From Desulfobulbus propionicus DSM 2032 (GTDB lineage: Bacteria > Desulfobacterota > Desulfobulbia > Desulfobulbales > Desulfobulbaceae), in NCBI RefSeq assembly GCF_000186885.1, contig NC_014972.1, positions 2,550,001 through 2,582,000 on the forward strand: a stretch of 32,000 nucleotides of DNA, in the 5' to 3' direction. The notes beneath the pieces are model-generated. The model made no database searches. It saw only the letters and a list, made by a program, of their open reading frames with translations, and was not told the origin of the DNA. Numbering within the stretch: the stretch's first letter is position 1; every line of letters starts with the position of its first letter. Below are positions 1-9,097 of the stretch, one piece after another. A program made the translations under genes and the position numbers.

Positions 1-200
1 TCCTGGCCAAGGGGCAGGAACTGGTGGCGGAAAAGATCCGTGAAATAGCCAGGGAAAATGATATTCCCCTGGTGGAAAACCCTCCCGTGGCAAGATTATT
101 GCATTCGAAAGTTGAGGTGGGCCAGGCCATTCCCGAGGAGCTGTTCAAGGCCGTGGCGGAAATTCTGGCCTATGTCTATTCACTGAAAGGCAGGAGATAA
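1..200 (+). CDS. flhB: FlhB flagellar type III export switch protein, C-terminal fragment (5' end outside window)
   Basis: Frame 3 reads LAKGQELVAEKIREIARENDIPLVENPPVARLLHSKVEVGQAIPEELFKAVAEILAYVYSLKGRR-stop, the conserved C-terminal tail of the FlhB/YscU family. The stop TAA (198-200) overlaps the flhA ATG (TAATG). The position immediately upstream of flhA is canonical. Confidence 0.85.
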   Translation, partial: LAKGQELVAEKIREIARENDIPLVENPPVARLLHSKVEVGQAIPEELFKAVAEILAYVYSLKGRR

Positions 201-2302
201 TGGAAGCAACAGGGGCGCAAACACTGCTGAGCCGGGTTCGGATCAAGGAGCTGCTGCAGCGCAGCGACATCCTGGCCTCGCTGGGACTCTTCGGCATTCT
301 CATGCTGATGATCATCCCCCTGCCGCCCATGCTGCTCGACCTCTGCCTGTCGCTCAACATCACCATCGCCATTCTCATCCTGATCATCAGCCTCTACACG
401 GAAAAAGCGACCGAGTTCTCGATTTTTCCCTCGGTGCTCCTCATCACCACCCTGTTTCGCCTGTCGCTCAATGTCGCCTCCACCCGACTGATCCTCCTCC
501 ATGGCAACGAGGGCATGGACGCGGCCGGATCGGTGATCGAGGCATTCGGCCAGTTCGTGGTCGGCGGCTCCTATGTGGTCGGCCTGGTCATTTTCGTTAT
601 TCTGGTGATCATCAACTTCATCGTCATCACCAAGGGCGCGGGCCGGATCGCCGAGGTGGCCGCCCGTTTCACCCTGGATGCCATGCCCGGCAAGCAGATG
701 GCCATCGACGCCGATCTCAACGCCGGTCTGATCGACGAAAACACGGCCCGCAAACGCCGCGAGGAGATCGCGAACGAAGCCAATTTCCACGGCGCCATGG
801 ATGGTGCCTCCAAATTCGTCCGCGGCGACGCCATCGCCGGCATCATTATCACCCTGATCAATATCGGCGCTGGTTTTATCATCGGCGTACTGCAAAAAGG
901 CATGCCGCTGGCCGAGGCCGCCAAAAACTACACCATCCTCACCGTTGGCGACGGCCTGGTCGGCCAGGTCCCGGCCCTGATCATTTCCACCGCCGCCGGC
1001 ATGCTGGTCTCTCGTACCGCCGGCCGCGAGGATTTCGGCACCGAACTGAAGACCCAATTCACCCGCTATGCCAAGGCACTCTGGGTGGTGGCGGCAATCC
1101 TCCTCATTTTTGCCCTCATTCCCGGCTTGCCCTTTATCCCTTTTCTCCTCATTGCCGCTGGCCTCGCCTATACCGCCTACCGGATCGATCAGGCGGAAAA
1201 GGCCAGGCAGCTCGAGGAGGCCGTGGCCGAACGGCCGCAACCGGTGGTCAAACCCGATCAGGATTACGAGAAGATGCTCAATGTCGACCTGATCGAACTT
1301 GAGGTCGGCTACGGCCTGATCCCCTTTGTCGATGCGGCCCAGGACGGAGAGCTGCTCTCGCGCATCCAGTCGATCCGCAAGCAGTTCGCCCTGACCACCG
1401 GTTTCATCGTACCGCCGGTGCACATCAAGGACAACCTGCAACTCAATCCCAACCAGTACACCCTCAACCTCAAGGGCGTCACCATCGCCACCGCTGAAAT
1501 GATGCCCGGCTACTTCATGGCCATGGATCCCGGTCTGGTGACCGAAACCATCAAGGGCCTGCCCACCACGGAGCCGGCCTTTGATCTGCCGGCCATCTGG
1601 ATCACCGAGGACAAGCGGGAACGCGCCCAGATCGCCGGGTACACCGTGGTCGACTGCGTCACGGTCATGGCCACGCACATCAGCGAGGTGATCAAGAAAC
1701 ACGCCCATGAATTGCTCGGTCGCCAGGAAACCCAGACCCTGATCGACAACCTGGCGAAAAGCTATCCCAAGCTGGTGGAGGAACTGGTGCCCCACGTGCT
1801 CAACCTGGGAATCATCATGCGGGTGCTGCAAAATCTGCTCCGCGAGGGCGTGTCCATCCGCGATCTGCGCTCCATCCTCGAAACCATGGCCGACTACGCG
1901 CCCATGACCCAGGATACCGACATCCTCACCGAATATGTCCGCCATGCCCTGTCGCGGTCCATCTCCATGGCCCATACCCAAAACGATGGCGTCATGCCGG
2001 TGATCACCATGGATCGCAAGGTCGAAGAAACCGTCCAGGCCGCCGTTCAGCACCGTGAACGGGGCAGTTATCTGGCCCTGGATCCAAAGACGGCGCAAAA
2101 GATCCTCGACAGTATCAACACCCTGATCACCTCCATGGCGGGCGGACCGCAGCCGGTGTTGCTGGTGCTGCCGCAGATACGACCGCATGTGCGCCGGCTG
2201 ACCGAGCGCTACTTCCCCAATCTGGCGGTGCTGTCGCACAACGAAATCTCTTCGCAGATTCGTATTCAATCCATCGGAACGGTGACCATCGATGCAAGTT
2301 AA
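200..2302 (+). CDS. flhA: FlhA flagellar export apparatus protein
   Basis: 700 aa. Multi-TM N-terminal FHIPEP region including FHGAMDGASKFVRGDAIAGIIIT, a linker, and a large cytoplasmic C-terminal domain. Sits in flhB-flhA-flhF order. Confidence 0.97.
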   Translation: MEATGAQTLLSRVRIKELLQRSDILASLGLFGILMLMIIPLPPMLLDLCLSLNITIAILILIISLYTEKATEFSIFPSVLLITTLFRLSLNVASTRLILLHGNEGMDAAGSVIEAFGQFVVGGSYVVGLVIFVILVIINFIVITKGAGRIAEVAARFTLDAMPGKQMAIDADLNAGLIDENTARKRREEIANEANFHGAMDGASKFVRGDAIAGIIITLINIGAGFIIGVLQKGMPLAEAAKNYTILTVGDGLVGQVPALIISTAAGMLVSRTAGREDFGTELKTQFTRYAKALWVVAAILLIFALIPGLPFIPFLLIAAGLAYTAYRIDQAEKARQLEEAVAERPQPVVKPDQDYEKMLNVDLIELEVGYGLIPFVDAAQDGELLSRIQSIRKQFALTTGFIVPPVHIKDNLQLNPNQYTLNLKGVTIATAEMMPGYFMAMDPGLVTETIKGLPTTEPAFDLPAIWITEDKRERAQIAGYTVVDCVTVMATHISEVIKKHAHELLGRQETQTLIDNLAKSYPKLVEELVPHVLNLGIIMRVLQNLLREGVSIRDLRSILETMADYAPMTQDTDILTEYVRHALSRSISMAHTQNDGVMPVITMDRKVEETVQAAVQHRERGSYLALDPKTAQKILDSINTLITSMAGGPQPVLLVLPQIRPHVRRLTERYFPNLAVLSHNEISSQIRIQSIGTVTIDAS

Positions 2303-3605
2303 GGTCTTTGAAGCAAAAGACATGGCCACGGGCCTGAAAATGGTCAAGGAGGCATTGGGACCCGACGCCCTCATTCTCTCCACCCGCACCATCCGCAGCG
2401 GCAAGTTCGGCATGATTGGCAAACCGATGATGGAGATCACCGCCGCTGTCGACGATGCCTGGCAGGAATCGGCGCGCCCAGTGGAACTCCCGAGAAACGA
2501 GGCGCGCCATCACTGGTCCGACCGGTCAACCAATGGCTGCCTGGAGCAGGGAGAACGCGGGCCGCGGCAGGAAGACATTTCCTATCAGGAGATTTGGCAG
2601 CGTGGCGCGGCAGAACGCAAGGCAGCACCATCGTTTCCGCGGCCGGAGCCGCCGGCCGTCAGCCAGGACATCCACAGCGAACTGGCGGAACTGCGCAACA
2701 TGGTCAAGGGACTGTCGAACCGGATCACCGGCCTTGACTCGGCCGCCCTGCGCGGCCGGCCTTATGTTGAACCGGAATTCACCGCCCCCCCGGCGAACCA
2801 CGCCGCCGCCATCGATCCGGTGGTCGGCCTGCTCACCGGTTACGGCATCAACCAGGAAACCGCCCAGGTGGTGGCCCGATTTACCCGTGACACCATCGAG
2901 AAGGCCCGCTCTTTAAGCAGCGCCGATCTGACCCTGATCCTCAAGGCGGCCGTGGCGCGACTGTTCACCACCCAACCCCTGCTCGACGGCCGCTCGACCC
3001 GACAACGGCGGATCAGCCTGATCGGCCCCACCGGCGTGGGCAAGACCACGACACTGGCCAAAATCGCGGCCCATTACCTCGGCCGCTTCGGCGGTCGTAT
3101 CGGCCTGATCACCATCGACACCTATCGGATCGCCGCGGTCGAGCAGATCAAGGTCTACGGCGAGATCATGCGCCTGCCGGTGGAAGTGGTGATCAAACCT
3201 CGCGAGTTGGAGGAGGCTCTGGATAAATTCCGTGACGTCGACCTGGTGCTGATCGACACCGCCGGCCGCAGTCCACGCAACGGCTTGGATATTCAGGAAT
3301 TGGCCGCCTTTCTCCGGCCGCAATGGGGGATCGAGAACAACCTGCTGCTCTCGGCCGCCACCAGGGAGCGGGAAATCGAACAGACCATCAAACGGTTTTC
3401 CATCCTGCCAATCAGCAACTTTATCTTCAGCAAGATTGACGAATGCGATCAGCTGGGCGTGCTGCTCAATATCCACTACAAGCACGACACGCCGATTTCC
3501 TTTCTCACCAACGGCCAGAGGGTTCCCGAGGATCTGCTCATGCCCTCGCCGGCGGACATTGCCGATCTCATCATGAATGATCACGGAAACCTGACCCATG
3601 GCTGA
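2292..3605 (+). CDS. flhF: FlhF SRP-type GTPase (flagellar placement and number)
   Basis: 437 aa. N-terminal B-domain MQVKVFEAKDMATGLKMVKEALGPDALILSTR. GTPase motifs GPTGVGKTTT (G1), DTAGR (G3), SKIDE (G4). Overlaps the flhA end by 11 nt. Confidence 0.93.
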   Translation: MQVKVFEAKDMATGLKMVKEALGPDALILSTRTIRSGKFGMIGKPMMEITAAVDDAWQESARPVELPRNEARHHWSDRSTNGCLEQGERGPRQEDISYQEIWQRGAAERKAAPSFPRPEPPAVSQDIHSELAELRNMVKGLSNRITGLDSAALRGRPYVEPEFTAPPANHAAAIDPVVGLLTGYGINQETAQVVARFTRDTIEKARSLSSADLTLILKAAVARLFTTQPLLDGRSTRQRRISLIGPTGVGKTTTLAKIAAHYLGRFGGRIGLITIDTYRIAAVEQIKVYGEIMRLPVEVVIKPRELEEALDKFRDVDLVLIDTAGRSPRNGLDIQELAAFLRPQWGIENNLLLSAATREREIEQTIKRFSILPISNFIFSKIDECDQLGVLLNIHYKHDTPISFLTNGQRVPEDLLMPSPADIADLIMNDHGNLTHG

Positions 3606-4497
3606 ACATACAGGACGACCAACGGACCAGGCCGGCACCCTGCGGGCCATGAACAGTCCGAGATTGACCGAGGAACGAACCAGGCAAGCCGCCACCCGGG
3701 TCGTTTCCGTCACCAGCGGCAAGGGCGGTGTCGGCAAGACGGCGGTGGTGGCCAACCTGGCGGTGCTGCTGGCCCGGATGGGCAAGCGAGTGCTCATTCT
3801 CGATGCCGATCTCGGCCTGGCCAATATCGATGTGGTCTTCGGCTTGGCGCCGAGCCACAATCTCAACCACTTCTTCACCGGTGAACAGGGATTGGAGACG
3901 ATCCTCACCGACGGCCCCGAAGGAATCAAGATCCTGCCCGCCGGTTCGGGCGTGCAACGGTTCACCCGGCTTGATTCCGAACAGAAAATGCGGCTGTTGG
4001 AAGGGCTCGACGCGATGAACAACGACTTTGATTTCGTGCTCATCGACACCGAGGCCGGTATCTCGGAAAACGTCACCTATTTCAACACCGCGGCCCAGGA
4101 GATCCTGGTGGTCACCACCCCCGACCCCACGGCGATCACCGACGCCTACGCCCTGATGAAGCTGCTCTCCAATCAGTACCACGAAAAACACTTCAACCTG
4201 ATCGTCAACTTCATCAGAAACGAGGAAGAAGCCCTGGATGTCTACCGCAAGCTCACCATGGTGGCCAACCGCTACCTGGACATCTCCATAGATTATATCG
4301 GATCGATTCCACGGGATAAATTGATGGTGGACGCCATCCGCAAGCAGCAGGTGCTGGTGCAGTTGTTTCCGGAGTCAAAAACCAGCCTGGCCTTCGAGGC
4401 CCTGGCCCGGACCATTGTCCAGGAACCGCAGACCTTGGAACCCAAGGGATCGATCCAGTTTTTTTGGAAACGATTACTGGAGTTCGGCGGCAAATAG
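3598..4497 (+). CDS. flhG: FlhG (FleN/YlxH) MinD-like ATPase
   Basis: 299 aa. Deviant Walker A SGKGGVGKT. N-terminal DQAGTLR fits the DQAxxLR FlhF-activating motif. C-terminal amphipathic helix FFWKRLLEF resembles a MinD-type membrane-targeting sequence. Overlaps flhF by 8 nt. Confidence 0.92.
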   Translation: MAEHTGRPTDQAGTLRAMNSPRLTEERTRQAATRVVSVTSGKGGVGKTAVVANLAVLLARMGKRVLILDADLGLANIDVVFGLAPSHNLNHFFTGEQGLETILTDGPEGIKILPAGSGVQRFTRLDSEQKMRLLEGLDAMNNDFDFVLIDTEAGISENVTYFNTAAQEILVVTTPDPTAITDAYALMKLLSNQYHEKHFNLIVNFIRNEEEALDVYRKLTMVANRYLDISIDYIGSIPRDKLMVDAIRKQQVLVQLFPESKTSLAFEALARTIVQEPQTLEPKGSIQFFWKRLLEFGGK

Positions 4498-4533
4498 CTG
4501 CCGCCCACCAACCAACAGGTATCATAATCACGG

Positions 4534-5277
4534 ATGATTACTATGTTCCCTCCGGTACCGCCTCTTGATGACCGCTCCCAGCTGATTCGGGAAAACATGC
4601 CGCTGGTCGAACTGGTTGTGCAGCGCATGACTCCCCAGGTGCCGAGCTTCATGACCAAGGAAGACATGATCAGCGCCGCCATGGTCGGATTGGTCGACGC
4701 CGCCAATAAATTCGATCCCACCAAGGGGGTCAAATTCAAGACCTTTGCCGAATACCGGGTGCGCGGCGCCATCTTTGACGAAATGCGCAAGCTCGACTGG
4801 TTCTCCCGTTCGATGCGCGACAAGCAAAACACCCTGACCCAGACCATGCTCCGCCTGGAACGGCAGCTGGGCCGCTCGCCGGAGGAAGAGGAAATGGCCC
4901 GCGAAATGGCTCTGAGCATCGACGAGTACCGCGACCTGCTTGCCGAAGTCAGCCACCTGGGCTGCGTCAGCCTGCACGAGACCCTCGATCACACCGAGGA
5001 CGGGCGCAGCTTTCTCGACAGCCTGGAGGATATCGGCGGCCCCGTTCCGGACGATCTGCTGGAAAAGGAGGAGATGACCCGGGTCATGGCCGAGATTCTG
5101 GAAGAGCTCTCGGAAAAGGAACGGCTGGTCATCGCCCTGTACTACTACGAGGAACTGACCCAAAAAGAAATCGCCGAAGTGCTGAGCGTTTCCGAGGGCC
5201 GGGTATCGCAGCTGCACAGCCAGGCCCTGCTCAAGCTGCGGGTCAAACTGCTCAATTCCGAACTGTACGAACCCTGA
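4534..5277 (+). CDS. fliA: FliA/WhiG-family flagellar sigma factor (sigma-28)
   Basis: 247 aa. Region 2 FKTFAEYRVRGAIFDEMRKLDW. Region 4.2 HTH LTQKEIAEVLSVSEGRVSQLHSQALLKLR. Size and position after flhFG fit FliA. An alternative ATG at 4543 is possible. Confidence 0.93.
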   Translation: MITMFPPVPPLDDRSQLIRENMPLVELVVQRMTPQVPSFMTKEDMISAAMVGLVDAANKFDPTKGVKFKTFAEYRVRGAIFDEMRKLDWFSRSMRDKQNTLTQTMLRLERQLGRSPEEEEMAREMALSIDEYRDLLAEVSHLGCVSLHETLDHTEDGRSFLDSLEDIGGPVPDDLLEKEEMTRVMAEILEELSEKERLVIALYYYEELTQKEIAEVLSVSEGRVSQLHSQALLKLRVKLLNSELYEP

Positions 5278-5298
5278 TCGCCACCTTTGAGGTTTCCC

Positions 5299-5712
5299 AT
5301 GCCACTCTCCCTCCCCCTGATTCTCGGCCTCCTTGCAACCGCCTTGGCCCTTTGCCTGCTGGCTGCCCTGCTGGTCCTGCACCGGGACAAGAGCGAGCGA
5401 CTCAGGGCCCGCAAACGGATAGAGGCGCTGCAACAAAAAATAGAAGCCGCCCTGCACGACGAGGGGTTTGACGCCGAACGGCTCGCCTTCGGCACTGCCC
5501 TCAAGGCGGCCAGCCTGACCACCGAGTTGCAGCGTCCGCGCCTGGACACTCTGGCCAAACTCGACAAGCGGCCGCCGGAAAAGTATCGGATCCTCAGCAA
5601 ACTGGCCTCGCAGGGCTTGGAGGTGGAGGAGATCGCGGCCATTCTTGGCATCTCGAGCGTCGAAGCCGGCCAGCTGCTCAGCCTGAGCGCCATGGCCAAG
5701 TACGGTCGCTGA
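5299..5712 (+). CDS. Uncharacterised membrane-anchored protein with a C-terminal helix-turn-helix-like segment (DUF2802-like by my recollection)
   Basis: The ORF track starts at TTG 5287. ATG 5299 is preceded by GAGG (5289-5292) with a 6-nt spacer, so I prefer 5299. N-terminal hydrophobic helix PLSLPLILGLLATALALCLLAALLVL, then a charged coiled-coil-like stretch. The C-terminus ASQGLEVEEIAAILGISSVEAGQLLSL looks like the flagellar-cluster-associated DUF2802 signature. The family assignment is from memory and has not been searched. Confidence 0.6.
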   Translation: MPLSLPLILGLLATALALCLLAALLVLHRDKSERLRARKRIEALQQKIEAALHDEGFDAERLAFGTALKAASLTTELQRPRLDTLAKLDKRPPEKYRILSKLASQGLEVEEIAAILGISSVEAGQLLSLSAMAKYGR

Positions 5713-5824
5713 ACACCGGGAAGGCTGAAAGCGCCTGACCGCCGGTTCATTTCACCGTTAAGATTGCGGCCAGCACAACCGACAAGAAAACCAGCCACCT
5801 TCTCCTCACGACAAGGGCACAACC

Positions 5825-6559
5825 ATGGGATCAGGAAAATACAGCGCGCTGAGCGGCGCGGTTGCCAGGGAACAGGCGATGAGCAACGTCGCCGCCAATC
5901 TGGCCAATGTCAGCACCACGGGCTTCAAAAAGGACCGGATCAGCTTTGCGGCCATCCTGCGGGGTGCCCAGCAGGCGTCCGATGCGCGGGGAATCAATTT
6001 TGCGCGCATCCGCAAGATCGGTGTCGATTTCAGCCAGGGCGGCATGCAGCCCACTGATCGGCCGCTGGATGTGGCCATTGACGGACCAGGGTTTTTCAAG
6101 GTGCGCAAGGGCGGGGAAACATTCTACACCCGATCGGGACGGCTGATGCTCGACGACAACGGCATGGTAAAAACCGAGGACGGCCTCAATGTGCTGGGAG
6201 CGGGCAACGAACCGCTGCAAATCGATACCGCCTTGGGCAAGGATATCGTCATCGCCGAATCCGGAGACATCTCCGTCGCCGGCACCCTGACCGGCAACAG
6301 GATTCAGGTCTTTGCCGTCCCGGATCAGGACAAATTGAAAAAGGCGGGCAACGCCCTTTACGCGCTCGAGGAAGGCGGTGATCAACCTTTGGCCGATTAT
6401 CGGGTGCTCCAGGGCAGTCTTGAAACCTCCAACGTCAACATGATCGAGGAAATGACCGCCATGGTCGACACCCAGAGAACCTTTGAAGCCCACCTCAAGG
6501 CCCTGGAAAGCTATTCCAAGCTTGGGGAAAAACAGGATGAACTGGGTTCGGTCAGCTAA
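5825..6559 (+). CDS. flgF: FlgF proximal rod protein
   Basis: 244 aa. N-terminal rod motif NLANVSTTGFKKD, C-terminal LQGSLETSNVNMIEEMTAMVDTQRTFEA. Directly upstream of flgG. Confidence 0.88.
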   Translation: MGSGKYSALSGAVAREQAMSNVAANLANVSTTGFKKDRISFAAILRGAQQASDARGINFARIRKIGVDFSQGGMQPTDRPLDVAIDGPGFFKVRKGGETFYTRSGRLMLDDNGMVKTEDGLNVLGAGNEPLQIDTALGKDIVIAESGDISVAGTLTGNRIQVFAVPDQDKLKKAGNALYALEEGGDQPLADYRVLQGSLETSNVNMIEEMTAMVDTQRTFEAHLKALESYSKLGEKQDELGSVS

Positions 6560-6611
6560 TGGCCGCGCCTGGTTGCGATATAAAAACTAGCTCTGCACGC
6601 GAGGCACACCC

Positions 6612-7394
6612 ATGCGCTCACTCTGGACATCAACCACCGGCATGTCGGCCCAGAATCTCAATATGGACGTCATTGCCAACAACCTGGCCAACGTATCGAC
6701 CACCGGATTCAAAAAGAGCCGCGCCGATTTTCAGGATCTGCTCTACCAGATCATGAAGGTACCCGGTTCGCCGACTTCGGCCGACACCAGGTCGCCCACC
6801 GGCATTCAGGTGGGTCTGGGCGTCAAACCTGCCGCGGTGACCAAGGTGTTCACCGAAGGCGATATTGTCCAGACCGAGAATACCCTGGACGTGGCCATCG
6901 AGGGCCCGGGATTTTTTCAGGTGACCCTGCCCGACGGCAACATTGCCTACACCCGGGCGGGGAATCTCAAACTCGACGGCGAAGGACGATTAACCACCTC
7001 GGACGGCTTTCCGATCGAACCGGAAATCGTCATCCCCGAGGATGCCCGCGAGGTGACCATCAGCCAAACGGGGGTGGTCAGCGCCATTGTCGGTGATGAC
7101 ACCACCTCCACCGAACTGGGCAACGTCGACCTGGTGGATTTTGTCAACGATGCCGGCCTGATCGCCATCGGGCGCAATCTCTTTCGCGAAACCGAGGCGT
7201 CGGGCGCTCCCTTGATCGGCGCTCCGGGAACCAACGGCATCGGCACCCTGTTGCAAGGATATGTGGAAAATTCCAACGTCAACCTGGTCGAGGAGATGAC
7301 CCACATGATCACCACCCAACGGGCTTTTGAAATCAACTCCAATGTGATCACGACCTCGGACGAAATGATGCAAACCGTCACAAACATGGTGTAA
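6612..7394 (+). CDS. flgG: FlgG distal rod protein
   Basis: 260 aa. MRSLWTSTTGMSAQNLNMDVIANNLANVSTTGFKKSRADFQDLLYQ and C-terminal GYVENSNVNLVEEMTHMITTQRAFE are classic FlgG signatures. Confidence 0.95.
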   Translation: MRSLWTSTTGMSAQNLNMDVIANNLANVSTTGFKKSRADFQDLLYQIMKVPGSPTSADTRSPTGIQVGLGVKPAAVTKVFTEGDIVQTENTLDVAIEGPGFFQVTLPDGNIAYTRAGNLKLDGEGRLTTSDGFPIEPEIVIPEDAREVTISQTGVVSAIVGDDTTSTELGNVDLVDFVNDAGLIAIGRNLFRETEASGAPLIGAPGTNGIGTLLQGYVENSNVNLVEEMTHMITTQRAFEINSNVITTSDEMMQTVTNMV

Positions 7395-7398
7395 CGGA

Positions 7399-8349
7399 TT
7401 GAAATTTGCGCTCTTCCTTTTCTGCATCGTTGCATTGGCCCGGCCAGCTGCGCTGTTCGCGCAGCTCACGGTCAATTTTCAACCGGCTGTCACCATCACC
7501 GGATCCCGGATCGTGCTTGGCGACATTGCGGTGATCGGACCGGCGGGCGAGGAAGCCGAGGCCATCGGCCAACTGCCGGTGGCGGTGTCGCCCGCGCCAG
7601 GCAAAACAAAAGAGCTGTATACGGTTTCGGTGATCAATTCCCTGCGCAACCGGCAGGAAGTGGCCGAGGTCGACTGGCAGGGCAGCCAGACGATCGTGGT
7701 CCGGCGTCAGGGCACGTTCATCAATCGGGACCAGTTGCAGGCAATTATTGATCAGTATCTCAAGGAAAACAGCGGCCGGCTGGCCGGAACCAATATCCGG
7801 TTCACCGCCATGCGGGCCCCCGAAGAACTGACCCTGCCTGCCGGCAAGCTGAGCTGGACGGTCACGCCTTCCCGACCCGGCATCACGGGCAGCTCCAGTT
7901 TTTCCATCGCCTTTGCCGTTGACGACAAGCCGGCCACCACCTGTGTTGTCCGCGGCCGGCTGGAGGCCGTCGCCGAAGTGGTGACCGCCGCGGTTCGCCT
8001 GAACAAGGGCGATGTGATCAACGACAGCAACATCGCGGTCATGCAACAAGACATCGGCGGCCTCAATCACCCGTACACCAGCAAAGAGCAACTCATCGGC
8101 ATGCAGGTGGCGCGCACGGTCAACGCCGGGACCGTGCTGGAACAAGCGCACATTGCCGCGCCGCCCATCGTCAAGGACGGAGAGATGGTCAAGATTTTTG
8201 CCCGCAAAGGCGCCCTGCAACTGTCCACCAGCGGCCTGGCCAAAACGGATGGACGGTTGGGGGAAATCATCCAGGTCAAGAACATCGGTTCCAATAAACT
8301 GATTCACTGCCGGGTCGACGGTCCCGGCATGGTTTCCGTGGAGTTTTAA
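7399..8349 (+). CDS. flgA: FlgA P-ring assembly chaperone
   Basis: 316 aa with a TTG start. Signal peptide MKFALFLFCIVALARPAALFA. C-terminal SAF/FlgA domain (VNAGTVLEQAHIAAPPIVKDGEMVKIFARKGALQLSTSGLAKTDGRLGEIIQVKN). Position flgG-flgA-flgH. Confidence 0.88.
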   Translation: MKFALFLFCIVALARPAALFAQLTVNFQPAVTITGSRIVLGDIAVIGPAGEEAEAIGQLPVAVSPAPGKTKELYTVSVINSLRNRQEVAEVDWQGSQTIVVRRQGTFINRDQLQAIIDQYLKENSGRLAGTNIRFTAMRAPEELTLPAGKLSWTVTPSRPGITGSSSFSIAFAVDDKPATTCVVRGRLEAVAEVVTAAVRLNKGDVINDSNIAVMQQDIGGLNHPYTSKEQLIGMQVARTVNAGTVLEQAHIAAPPIVKDGEMVKIFARKGALQLSTSGLAKTDGRLGEIIQVKNIGSNKLIHCRVDGPGMVSVEF

Positions 8350-8351
8350 TC

Positions 8352-9092
8352 ATGCAACCATCCCTTATGCCCGCCCTGCATATCCGACTGCAGCGCAATT
8401 ACACCGCCCGCATGGCCATGGTGCTCTTGCTGGCGGCGACCTTGGTGACAGCCGGCTGCGGTTCGACTTCACAAGAAGTATCGCCCGTGACGGAACCGCT
8501 CGAGGAACCGGTGGTGGACGATGCCAGACCGCAATCTCCCGGCACCTTATGGAATGGCGACGAGGGAAACTGGCTGGCTGATGTCAAGGCCCGCCGGGTC
8601 GGCGACATCGTCACCGTGATTATTGAAGAAGAGGCCAAGGCCTCCAAGGAAGCGACCACCGACACCGACCGTTCATCCAGCATTTCCGCCGGTATCTCCA
8701 GTTTTTTTGGACTGGAGAAATCGTTGGAAGAAAAAAACAGCAACCTCGAAACCTCCGCCTTGGTGGAAGCGTCGTCGGGCAATCAATTTTCCGGCGGCGG
8801 TAAGACCACCCGTTCGGAGAATTTGGTGGCCACCCTGACCACCCAGGTGGTCGAGGTCTATCCCAACGGCAACCTTAAAATCCGGGGCGGAAAATCGGTG
8901 ACGGTCAACAACGAAAATCAGATCATCTACCTGACCGGCATTGTCCGCTCGTACGACGTGACCGCCGACAACACGGTCAATTCCGGCAACATTCTCAACG
9001 CCCAAATCTCCTACACCGGCAAAGGCGCTGTTTCCGACAAACAGAAACCTGGCTGGATGATGCGTATTTTTGACCATACCTGGCCGTTTTAA
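8352..9092 (+). CDS. flgH: FlgH L-ring lipoprotein
   Basis: 246 aa. Lipobox LVTAGC. Conserved SLWNGDEGNWLADVKARRVGDIVTVII and GNLKIRGGKSVTVNNENQIIYLTGIVR. The start could instead be the internal ATG at 8412 (MAMVLLL...). Confidence 0.93.
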   Translation: MQPSLMPALHIRLQRNYTARMAMVLLLAATLVTAGCGSTSQEVSPVTEPLEEPVVDDARPQSPGTLWNGDEGNWLADVKARRVGDIVTVIIEEEAKASKEATTDTDRSSSISAGISSFFGLEKSLEEKNSNLETSALVEASSGNQFSGGGKTTRSENLVATLTTQVVEVYPNGNLKIRGGKSVTVNNENQIIYLTGIVRSYDVTADNTVNSGNILNAQISYTGKGAVSDKQKPGWMMRIFDHTWPF

Positions 9093-9097
9093 CGACC

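Noticed and set aside
176-2440. 754-aa ORF on the - strand antisense to flhA
   Set aside because: A shadow ORF opposite an unambiguous flhA. Its composition is biased (G, D, H, R, Q) and it has no motifs.
5759-5785. Sigma-28-like element upstream of flgF (TAAG-N15-ACCGACAA)
   Set aside because: It matches only 3/4 and 6/8 positions and has a different spacing from the two strong sites. Rod genes are normally early/middle class. Kept as unproven.
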